This document shows, in pieces, positions 53,703 through 62,180 of a stretch of DNA of 64,000 nt. This DNA is from Tortispora ganteri (lineage: Eukaryota), in NCBI GenBank assembly GCA_003707115.1, contig PPNB01000010.1:186001-250000 (forward strand), given 5' to 3'. The notes under the pieces are model-generated. The model saw only the letters and a program-made list of their open reading frames with translations. It made no database searches and had not been told where the DNA came from. Numbering within the stretch: position 1 is the first letter of the stretch; each line of letters starts with the position of its first letter. The position numbers were made by a program, and so were the translations under genes.

Positions 53703-54284
53703 ATGGCATCTACTCCGCCTCCATTTGCAGGCGCAGAGTACATGGCGACGCCGCCGTCGCCTAAACATGGGCCCACAGAAGAAGAGGATTTCGTAATTAG
53801 ACAAAAGCGGCATTTATGCAATACTAAAACGCCCGTCAAGACTCCACGAAAAAATACCACGCAAGTACTACCTACACCAGAAACACAACCAGCATATAAC
53901 ACAAGGTCGGCTAGCAGGCGTAAAAGTAAAGGTCGAGTGCTGTTCCCCAGCGATGCTGTAAAAGCTCGTAACCTCTTTTCTACACAACCTGCATCAGATC
54001 AGCAACCGCAAACGCACTCTCAGTTCGCACACGAGAAACCACAAAACAAATCGCACACAGAAGGCATAATGTATATGTTTCGGGGGAAGCGGGTATTTCG
54101 CCGATTCAAACCTGACGATGCAGAACGAGACTTGAAACCGAGACGTCTATTTGATACCAAGAAATCTACAGATTTTACGTCCCTGAAAGATATATCGCAA
54201 ACTGCATCCACAACTTCCACAGGAATGTCAACGCTTAGCGATCAGGAAGAAGCAGAAACCGATATAGAAACCGAGTCTCCGTAA
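53703..54284 (+). CDS. Rum1-like CDK inhibitor
   Basis: Multiple TP/SP CDK sites (STPP, TPPSP, KTPVKTPRK, PTPE) and EGIMYMFRGKRVFRRF...LKPRRLF, which resembles the S. pombe Rum1 inhibitory region as I recall it (GLYYVFRGKRI...FKPKLLF). Confidence 0.7.
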   Translation: MASTPPPFAGAEYMATPPSPKHGPTEEEDFVIRQKRHLCNTKTPVKTPRKNTTQVLPTPETQPAYNTRSASRRKSKGRVLFPSDAVKARNLFSTQPASDQQPQTHSQFAHEKPQNKSHTEGIMYMFRGKRVFRRFKPDDAERDLKPRRLFDTKKSTDFTSLKDISQTASTTSTGMSTLSDQEEAETDIETESP

Positions 54285-54340
54285 TGTTTTTTTTTTTCCT
54301 TATGTATATTATGACATTATTCATTAAACACCTAATCTTT

Positions 54341-55411
54341 TTAGGCTTTGGGCAACGCATCCATATCAACCTTATTAGACGCCTTCCATGCAGGATCAAT
54401 CAGAGAATCTTTAGCCTCAGCAAGAAATCTATAAGCAGTTTTGATCGTACCGTCAGAAACTCCGGATATATCGGCAATAGCAGAAGCTGAAACGGCGTTA
54501 CCAAACAATGCAGACGCCATGTAGATAGCAGCCGCCGCAATAGAAATAGGACTACGACCAGCAAGCGTTCCCTCTTCCTTTACCCGGTCCACAATGTATT
54601 CTGCAGCATTGGTGATCGTCGAGTTCAATCCCAGATGAGAGCAGTATCGTCCAATTAGATTGCCTGCATTTGTGGTCTGCACCACACCAGATCTGTTCGC
54701 TTCCGAACCGGCCATCGTATTGGCAAGTCGACCACCATCTTTCTTCAGAATAGTCTCAATGATATGCACAACCTTGTAGATTTTCTTTTTAGGGACATTT
54801 GTTAGGTACCAAATTTCCTTAAATGTGCGTTCAACTCCAGACAATCGACAGGCGAGAAATATGGCAGCAGCCATAATACTCTCCTGGGATTTGCCTTTCA
54901 GCTGGCGATCATCTGCGACTATCTTATAGATCTCCTTTGCAGCATCTTGAACCACCTTGGGAAGCTGGTACGCCTCAGACATAGAAGAGATTTTTGTAAA
55001 AGCAGAAACTAAAGCCATATCCTTCTTATCGTTCACGCTCTTGCTCTGAATACGTCCTAGGTCTCGGCCTAGGGATGAGCCAGGCTGGCCAAGAGAGATC
55101 GTAGTATCAAGTTGCGATCCGTTCAATAGCGGATTAGCAGCATCGCCAACACGTGACGGGTCGTCACCACCCTGATCATCGTTGGCAAATGTACGCCACT
55201 CTGATCTAGTGTCGACAATCTTGTCGCCCAGAACTAATCCGCAGTTGCCACAGATGAGATCACCGTCCGAAAACCTCTCGATAATGTCGGGCGGATAAAT
55301 TTTACATTCTGGACATGTCAGGACTACGTTTAAATTGACTCTAAACGGTTCAGGATTATCTACAGCACCAGCCCCACTTACTCCTCTCGCAGCAAGCGAT
55401 TCTTTCGACAT
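54341..55411 (-). CDS. SUA7: Transcription initiation factor TFIIB
   Basis: Zn ribbon CPEC...CGNCG, SEWRTF B-reader, PSRVG, two cyclin folds, GRSPISIAAAAIY. Confidence 0.96.
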   Translation of the reverse strand: MSKESLAARGVSGAGAVDNPEPFRVNLNVVLTCPECKIYPPDIIERFSDGDLICGNCGLVLGDKIVDTRSEWRTFANDDQGGDDPSRVGDAANPLLNGSQLDTTISLGQPGSSLGRDLGRIQSKSVNDKKDMALVSAFTKISSMSEAYQLPKVVQDAAKEIYKIVADDRQLKGKSQESIMAAAIFLACRLSGVERTFKEIWYLTNVPKKKIYKVVHIIETILKKDGGRLANTMAGSEANRSGVVQTTNAGNLIGRYCSHLGLNSTITNAAEYIVDRVKEEGTLAGRSPISIAAAAIYMASALFGNAVSASAIADISGVSDGTIKTAYRFLAEAKDSLIDPAWKASNKVDMDALPKA

Positions 55412-55496
55412 CCCAGGCCTTCTAAAAGGTTCGGTTGGAAGAAGTGTTGTGGGTGGTTAGCGAGCCCTGGCGCTGGATTAATTAACCAAAAATCTA

Positions 55497-55505
55497 GTCA
55501 CGTGA
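55497..55505. promoter_or_regulatory. Cbf1/bHLH site GTCACGTGA in the SUA7/ATP14 divergent promoter
   Basis: Exact RTCACGTG consensus; repeated at 58226. Confidence 0.5.
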
Positions 55506-55630
55506 TAATATGTTGCCATGGCATCAACCAACCCGGTCTCCGACCCAGGCCGAAAAACACCTTCGACTTCGCATTCTTCCTATTGCAACATATTTGTACT
55601 TAGAAAACACCGCATTTTAAACCTTGCAGA

Positions 55631-55954
55631 ATGCTTCGATTGACTCGTTCATCATTGAAACTCACACAATTTCAGGTCAGAGCACTGAGCTCGTCTTCAG
55701 TTAGACGTGCCGACCTCGTGCAAGACTTGTACTTGAAGACCATAAAGTCTTACAAGGCCCCTGCTCGTAGCGCAAACGATCACGTTGGCAACGTTGTGGA
55801 ATGGAAAACACCCGCCGCTCCTCAACCTCCTTCAGATGAGCTCAACATTGCTACAGATTTGGCCGCGTATGAGTCGGAACCTGTTGAGGTTGAAGGCGCT
55901 GTTGCGGGCGAGGAGGCAGACATCTCCGATTGGTTCGTTGTTGATGAAGCCTAG
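55631..55954 (+). CDS. ATP14: Mitochondrial ATP synthase subunit h
   Basis: Presequence followed by DLVQDLYLK.IKSYK, and an acidic C-terminus ending DWFVVDEA. Confidence 0.88.
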   Translation: MLRLTRSSLKLTQFQVRALSSSSVRRADLVQDLYLKTIKSYKAPARSANDHVGNVVEWKTPAAPQPPSDELNIATDLAAYESEPVEVEGAVAGEEADISDWFVVDEA

Positions 55955-56085
55955 AGAAAATCCGTTAAAAGGAATAACAACTACGATTTTTTTTAAACAT
56001 TTCTTCTAAAGAACAGTAATTTAGTCCCAAATAGACACATATGTAAAAATATTGCAATATAATATAAGAAACAGAAACGTGTCAA

Positions 56086-58149
56086 TTACTTTAATTCAGG
56101 TTTATTTTGATTCTGTAGCTCGAGTCTTTCAGCACGTTTCCTGCGCCTTTCTACCTCTGTGGCTTGGTCGTATACCAAGAACTCATGAAGCGCCTTTCCG
56201 GCAGGAACCATTGGTAAAACAGGTACTTTTTGATCAACAACTACTTCCATGAGCACAGGGCCGTCGTTATAGTCCAGAAATTCGTTTAAAGACGGCTCAA
56301 GCTCCTCCAATTTTGTAACGCGCATGCCCTTCATTCCCATGGCCTTGGCTAGAGTAATAAAGTCAGGGTTGCGGTGATGCGTATGGGCAAACCGGTCCTC
56401 GTAAAACAAGCTCTGCCATTGTGTTACCATGCCTTGCTCTTCGTTATTCAGAATCATTATCTTCACATTAATGCCAAATTGCACAGCGGTAGACATTTCC
56501 ATAAGTGTCATGTTAAAACTAGCATCGCCATCAATGTCCACGACAATAGAATCTGGTTTGCCGACCTTCGCGCCTATAGCCGCCGGAAGGCCAAATCCCA
56601 TAGTACCTAATCCACCAGAGGTTACCATGCTTCGCGGCGTTGTCCATTGGTAGTGCTGTGCGGCCCACATTTGATGTTGGCCAACACCAGTGGTGATAAT
56701 AGTCTCTTGAGGTCGTTGGTGAGCAAGTCTAGACAACTCAGCGATAGCTGTCTGCGGTTTTATGAACCCACCAGGAGTCTCCTTCTCGTAGGAGAAAGGA
56801 AAACGCTCCTTCCATGCGTTGATGCGCTCAAACCACTCTGGGCGCTCTGACACGGGACGAATAAAGGGCATCATGATAGCCAAGCTTTCAGCGACATCGC
56901 CTTCAACGGCTTCAGTGGCCTGAACAACTTTGTTGATGTTTTTTGGTGAGATTTCGAAATGGATAATACCGCCGCACCCTCGGAGAGCAGCAGCACGAGC
57001 TTCAGGGGCAAACTTAGCGATGTTTCCGGTAACACGGTCGTCAAAACGAGCACCTAAGGCGATGATGAGATCAGCGTCTTGCATGGCAAGATTAGCATAA
57101 GCGCTGCCATGCATTCCTAGCATATGTAGAGATTTAGGATCGGTTTCATCAAATGCACCCAAACCTTGTAAAGTAGTAGTGACAGGGATACAGGCCTTAT
57201 CTGCGAGCTCGCGTAAAAGTCTGGGTCCCTCCGGCGTAGCAAGGACACCATGGCCAGCGTATATTACAGGTTTTTGCGCAATATTAATTAGTTTGGCGGC
57301 ACGCTGAGCAGCTTGTTCCTGGTACTCATAAAGGGTAGCTGAAGTGAGTTTTGCTAGCTTTTTGCTAGGGAGGGTGTTGGCAGTAGGGATAGCTTGACGC
57401 AAGATACCACCAGTTACGTCTTTTGGTAGGTCGACTAAGACTGGACCCGGACGTCCAGAGGTTGCTATTTCAAAGGCCTCATTAATACGTCGAGGGAGCT
57501 CAGCGACGGATTTGACCATGACGTTCCATTTAGTGCATGAACGTGATATACCAATGACGTCGGCTTCCTGAAAGGCGTCAGTACCAATAGCAGTGGTAGG
57601 GACCTGTCCGCAAAAGACAACAAGGGGTACGCCATCAGAAAGGGCGTCTTGCATGGCGGTTATCACGTTTGTCGCGCCTGGTCCAGAAGTGACAAGTACA
57701 ACACCAGGTTTGCCGGTGACGCGGGCATAGCCTTCTGCCATATGACCTGCACCTTGCTCGTGACGAGGGAGCACAAACCGGAACTCTTTTGAATTGTAGA
57801 TGGCATCAAACACAGGGAGGATAGCACCACCAGGATATCCAAAGATGCATTCAACATCGTGTCTTGTCATCATTTCATGAAATATTTCACCGCCGCTTTT
57901 TCCAACAAAGGTATCATCAAGATCAGGAAAGTCCTGAACAATATCTTTTGAATCATGTCGGCCAGCGGCCGCTGTTTCCTGTGCCTTTGCAACCTCGGCC
58001 TCGGGCGTCGATGATTCAGTATTGAATGAGGGTGCCGGCTGCGGCCGGGCGGCCTGGACGACAGAAATATACCTTATATTGGACAATCTTGCAGATACTG
58101 TATTTGAACAAGCCGCACATGCGGCACGGCGCATATAACTTCGCCACAT
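56086..58149 (-). CDS. ILV2: Acetolactate synthase catalytic subunit
   Basis: FGYPGGAILPVFD, RHEQGAGHMAEGYAR, LGMHGS, RFDDRVTG, GQHQMW, GDASF...NNEEQGMVTQWQ. Likely ATG (MWRSY) at 58149. Confidence 0.96.
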   Translation of the reverse strand: MWRSYMRRAACAACSNTVSARLSNIRYISVVQAARPQPAPSFNTESSTPEAEVAKAQETAAAGRHDSKDIVQDFPDLDDTFVGKSGGEIFHEMMTRHDVECIFGYPGGAILPVFDAIYNSKEFRFVLPRHEQGAGHMAEGYARVTGKPGVVLVTSGPGATNVITAMQDALSDGVPLVVFCGQVPTTAIGTDAFQEADVIGISRSCTKWNVMVKSVAELPRRINEAFEIATSGRPGPVLVDLPKDVTGGILRQAIPTANTLPSKKLAKLTSATLYEYQEQAAQRAAKLINIAQKPVIYAGHGVLATPEGPRLLRELADKACIPVTTTLQGLGAFDETDPKSLHMLGMHGSAYANLAMQDADLIIALGARFDDRVTGNIAKFAPEARAAALRGCGGIIHFEISPKNINKVVQATEAVEGDVAESLAIMMPFIRPVSERPEWFERINAWKERFPFSYEKETPGGFIKPQTAIAELSRLAHQRPQETIITTGVGQHQMWAAQHYQWTTPRSMVTSGGLGTMGFGLPAAIGAKVGKPDSIVVDIDGDASFNMTLMEMSTAVQFGINVKIMILNNEEQGMVTQWQSLFYEDRFAHTHHRNPDFITLAKAMGMKGMRVTKLEELEPSLNEFLDYNDGPVLMEVVVDQKVPVLPMVPAGKALHEFLVYDQATEVERRRKRAERLELQNQNKPELK

Positions 58150-58214
58150 TTTGTGTAATAGATGGTGATTGGTACAAATCAAAATTTTCATCAAAATGAA
58201 AGGGTGTAGGTCCG

Positions 58215-58234
58215 TGAGTCATTAAGTCACGTGA
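58215..58234. promoter_or_regulatory. Gcn4/AP-1 site TGAGTCAT adjacent to Cbf1 site GTCACGTGA upstream of ILV2
   Basis: Both are exact consensus matches, 3 bp apart and about 65-85 bp upstream of the ILV2 ATG. Confidence 0.6.
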
Positions 58235-58712
58235 TACATTAGACTCTAATTAAATAATTCTTTGTTTAGTTTTGACTTCCTCGTGCGGGGCGGTAGTGTC
58301 TGTCCAGCTGTGCAAGGATTATGTCAAATTATCACGGCTAGCGATGTCCGAAGGTCACTGCTGGCCAGATTTCGATTGCAACGATTATAGACCACAGAGT
58401 GCATTGAGATGTCGGCTGGACGGATCGAGAATAGAGTTTCATTCACCACGATACGGCATTCGAAGGGCAGCACGTCTGTGTATATTCATACCGTCTATAA
58501 TATTAATTTTATAATTGCTGAAAGATAATATAAAGGTAGATACATTTATATTTCTCAAAATGCTTGCCCGCGTTATTATTACAAAAATATCTATAAAATG
58601 CCGATCACAAGCCTTTCAGTTCTTGATGCAACTTATTCTCGATCGCATAGCAACCATTTCCCATCTTACTTCTAGCACTCGTTCCCCATCCTACTCTGCA
58701 TTCCCAAGCAAT

Positions 58713-61277
58713 ATGACTACGGCTTCAGAAGAAAACAACCAGCTCCTCGAGGAAGCGCTGCAAAATGTGAAGAAACATGCAGCGCTCATGAGATCTACTG
58801 TAAACGTGCGAGGAAAACTTATGGATACCGTAAAACAAGCGTCGCTCATGCTAGCGGAACTTCGCACTTCTTCATTAGGTCCGCGGCAATACTACGAACT
58901 GTATACTGCAGTTTTCGACCAATTGGGCCAACTAACTTCTGCTCTACGCGATGGGCATCCAGGAAATCACCTTGCTGATGTGTACGAACTTGTGCAGTAT
59001 GCAGGAAATATAGTGCCTCGCCTCTATCTCATGGTCACTGTCGGAACGGCTTTCATGTCCGTTTCAGACGCTCCCGTCAAAGAAATCATGATGGATATGT
59101 TGGAAATGTGTAGGGGCGTGCAACACCCGATACGCGGACTGTTTTTGCGCTACTACCTTTCGCAGACTACTAGAAACTATCTACCCATAGGCACCGATTC
59201 TGGACCGGCAGGTAACCTTAACGACTCGGTAACCTTCGTCCTCACTAACTTCGTCGAAATGAATAAACTCTGGGTTCGTCTGCAGCACCAGGGTCCTTCT
59301 AAAGAACGCGAAAAGAGACTTGCAGAACGTCAAGAACTTCAAATACTCGTCGGCTCTAACCTTGTCCGTCTCAGCCAGCTAGACGGAATAGACCAGGACA
59401 TGTACAGAGAGACCATCTTGCCTGCTATTCTTGAACAAATCGTCCATTGCCGCGATGTTCTTGCGCAGCAGTATCTATTTGAAGTTATTACTCAGGTCTT
59501 CCCTGATGAGTTCCATCTCCATACCCTCGACATGCTTCTCGACGCCATCAAGAAACTCCGTCCGGAACTGAAGGTGCAACCTATTATCACTGGACTTATT
59601 GACCGCTTGACGAACTTTGCTATTCGTGAGACTGATGCTTTGTCTTCTGAAGAAAGGAGCATTCTCAAATCTCGTGAACAACAACATCTACAAGATTCCT
59701 TGGCGTCATTACGTTTGTCTACTGAAGATACCGAATCTGACGAGGAAACGAGTCAAACTGCAGCCGATTTTGAACATACAGATATGCAATCTGAACCTTC
59801 AAAGGTATATGGAATTCCTTCAGATATAAACTTATTTCAAATATTCTGGTCACATATCCAGGAATTGCTTGAAACGAAATCTGACATTCCTAAGAAAGAT
59901 ATTGCTGAACTTCTCACTAGCCTATTGAACTTATCGTTAGTATGCTATCCTGCACACGCTCAAAATGTTGACAAGGTATTGGAATATGCTACTAAATGCT
60001 TTGAAGCAGCTTCTGAAACTCCCGACCCCACCCCCTTAGAAACTTCTGAAAGTGTTCAAAAACTACTCATGTCTCCTGTTAACCATTACAGCTCTATTTT
60101 AACAGCTTTGGCACTGCCTCATTTTGTTTCTTTGCTTAACGTGCAACCATACGGTACACGCAAGGCAGTATCATTGGCGGTTTTGAAGAGTGTGATCCAG
60201 AATAGATTAAAGCTTTCCACAGTGCAAAGCGCTGAAGCGGTTTTCGATGTTATCATGGTATTTATTAGAGACTCGCACCCTGATTCTGTTTCAAATGGTA
60301 CTTCGAGAGTCGCTGAACAGGAGCAGGTTGTCCTGGAACAGGGGTTGATAGCACGTATGTTGCACCTTCTTACTGCGGAGAACATTGAAACAGAATTTGC
60401 ACTTCTTCAAACTGCAAGTAAACGGCTCACAAAAGCGTCACCTGACAGACAGATCTTTACTATACCTTCACTAGTATTTCAATCTTTGAAGGTGGCTCGA
60501 CGGTTTAAAGCCTCTGAAGCTGATGACACCGAGAAGAAGCAAAGAATCTCGGATGTATTTAAGTTTATATTCAGACACATTTTGGATATTCATAGAATGA
60601 TGGGTGCTACGAGCTCCACGGTTGCCGATTTATGTTTCATGCTGTTTGCAAGCGCAGCCGAAGTCGCTGATCAATTAGAACTCGAAGATGTTTCTTATGA
60701 ATTTTTTGCGCAAGCGTTTACAGTATATGAAGAATCAATATCTGACTCAAGGTCACAGTTTCAAGCTGTGTGCCAAGTTGCAGGTGTACTTCAGCGCACT
60801 AGGAATCTCTCGACAGAAAGCTACGACACTCTTATTACGAAATGTGCACTATACGGATCTAAACTACTAAAAAAGTCTGATCAGTGCCGTGCAGTTTACC
60901 TTGCCAGCCATCTATGGTGGGGAACGGAGTTACCGAGTGATGCCCCAGGCAGCGAAGGATCGCTGTATCGGGATGGTAAGCGTGTTTTGGAATGCCTTCA
61001 ACGAGCGTTGAGAGTTGCAGATGCATGCATGGATCAATCGCTAAGTGTACAGCTGTTTGTTGAGATTTTGAATCAATATGTGTATTATTTTGAGAGGGGC
61101 AACTCTGCTGTTACTGTGAAGTACCTCAATGGGCTGATTGAGTTGATTCAAAATAACCTTGACAATGATACTGAGATGGTCATTCCGGATGGGCCGCGTA
61201 AGCACTTTCAGCGAACATTGGATTATATTTCACGGCTCAAGGAGACGGACGAGAGGTTTGCGCAGGCATCATGGTGA
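58713..61277 (+). CDS. VPS35: Retromer subunit Vps35
   Basis: ELRTSSLGPRQYYELY, QYAGNIVPRLYL, GVQHPIRGLFLRYYL, KRVLECLQRAL. Likely ATG (MTTASEE) at 58713. Confidence 0.96.
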   Translation: MTTASEENNQLLEEALQNVKKHAALMRSTVNVRGKLMDTVKQASLMLAELRTSSLGPRQYYELYTAVFDQLGQLTSALRDGHPGNHLADVYELVQYAGNIVPRLYLMVTVGTAFMSVSDAPVKEIMMDMLEMCRGVQHPIRGLFLRYYLSQTTRNYLPIGTDSGPAGNLNDSVTFVLTNFVEMNKLWVRLQHQGPSKEREKRLAERQELQILVGSNLVRLSQLDGIDQDMYRETILPAILEQIVHCRDVLAQQYLFEVITQVFPDEFHLHTLDMLLDAIKKLRPELKVQPIITGLIDRLTNFAIRETDALSSEERSILKSREQQHLQDSLASLRLSTEDTESDEETSQTAADFEHTDMQSEPSKVYGIPSDINLFQIFWSHIQELLETKSDIPKKDIAELLTSLLNLSLVCYPAHAQNVDKVLEYATKCFEAASETPDPTPLETSESVQKLLMSPVNHYSSILTALALPHFVSLLNVQPYGTRKAVSLAVLKSVIQNRLKLSTVQSAEAVFDVIMVFIRDSHPDSVSNGTSRVAEQEQVVLEQGLIARMLHLLTAENIETEFALLQTASKRLTKASPDRQIFTIPSLVFQSLKVARRFKASEADDTEKKQRISDVFKFIFRHILDIHRMMGATSSTVADLCFMLFASAAEVADQLELEDVSYEFFAQAFTVYEESISDSRSQFQAVCQVAGVLQRTRNLSTESYDTLITKCALYGSKLLKKSDQCRAVYLASHLWWGTELPSDAPGSEGSLYRDGKRVLECLQRALRVADACMDQSLSVQLFVEILNQYVYYFERGNSAVTVKYLNGLIELIQNNLDNDTEMVIPDGPRKHFQRTLDYISRLKETDERFAQASW

Positions 61278-62180
61278 TATATTGTGCAAAAAAGTGTGGG
61301 CATGGCGAAGGGAAAGCATATGAGCGGTTATACCTGCGACGACGAAGAGATGGAATATTTGGTGGGAACCACCAAAGACGTTGAATTTTCCCGGAGCAAT
61401 GGATTCTGGGAGGCGCAGTGCATATATTACTGCACCTATAGAATGCATGAACATTTCTAGGATGAGATTATGTGTATCGAGACGCTTACTGATTTCATGA
61501 ACGCCGTAGAGGTACAAGCTCATGAAGGTAGGTATTGTGGAGGACGAACCGAGCAAAATATAGAGACGGGCGCGAACTGCACGGTAAACAGGTGATCTGA
61601 AATCCGGAGAAAAAATGAAGTATACGGATCCCACGGCAACAAAAACCAATACAAGCCACAAAATATAATATACAATGGGTCTATCATAGTAGGCGTAGTA
61701 GTATGCAGGCATGGCAGAACCGATACCATAGAGGATGATGCCCATATGGTCATAGCATTGAAATTTGTGCCAGGCTTTTTCGGAATGACTATTAAAGCAG
61801 TGGAAAGTACCACTGAACCACAGGCACAGGCCCGAGCAAACCATGAAGGTGCTCAATGACAGTTTCTCCTCGAATGTGGCCTGGTGATAGTAACCCGGAA
61901 AGAGCCTATCCATGGAGAACAGCCAGCACGAAAACATAATGATCGCAGGAATTTGGTGAGTGTGAATGTTCATGAGCTCATTATGTCTGTATACTATGCT
62001 TTTCAGGCACTCCTTGTAGCTGTAGCAGACTCGACGATAGTCACCTGTAATGTATTTGTTATCTTTACGCCATGGTTCGAGGTTGTCCCAGGAAACAAGT
62101 TGCGACGTTGAATGTTGTTCTACGTTTAGCGATTCAAGCGGGCTATCTTTGGCCGTTTGCATTCTCGTACGAACTGCCAT
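61269..62180 (-). CDS. PAQR/IZH-family membrane protein (adiponectin receptor-like)
   Basis: WRKDNKYITGDYR, HNELMNIHTH, SGTFHCFNSHS, DHMGI, PESIAPGKFNVFGGSHQIFH. Confidence 0.92.
   Translation of the reverse strand: MAVRTRMQTAKDSPLESLNVEQHSTSQLVSWDNLEPWRKDNKYITGDYRRVCYSYKECLKSIVYRHNELMNIHTHQIPAIIMFSCWLFSMDRLFPGYYHQATFEEKLSLSTFMVCSGLCLWFSGTFHCFNSHSEKAWHKFQCYDHMGIILYGIGSAMPAYYYAYYDRPIVYYILWLVLVFVAVGSVYFIFSPDFRSPVYRAVRARLYILLGSSSTIPTFMSLYLYGVHEISKRLDTHNLILEMFMHSIGAVIYALRLPESIAPGKFNVFGGSHQIFHLFVVAGITAHMLSLRHAHTFLHNISP

Noticed and set aside
14746..58149. Apparent clustering of mitochondrial genes (MGM1, MIP1, PET123, PUT2, LAT1, ATP14, ILV2)
   Set aside because: They are interspersed with unrelated genes and the count is plausible by chance.
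58515..58712. Non-ATG N-terminal extensions in the ORF track (VPS35, NGT1, PUT2, ESS1, LAT1, DAK)
   Set aside because: Artefact of allowing TTG/GTG starts; recognisable protein sequence begins at a downstream ATG.
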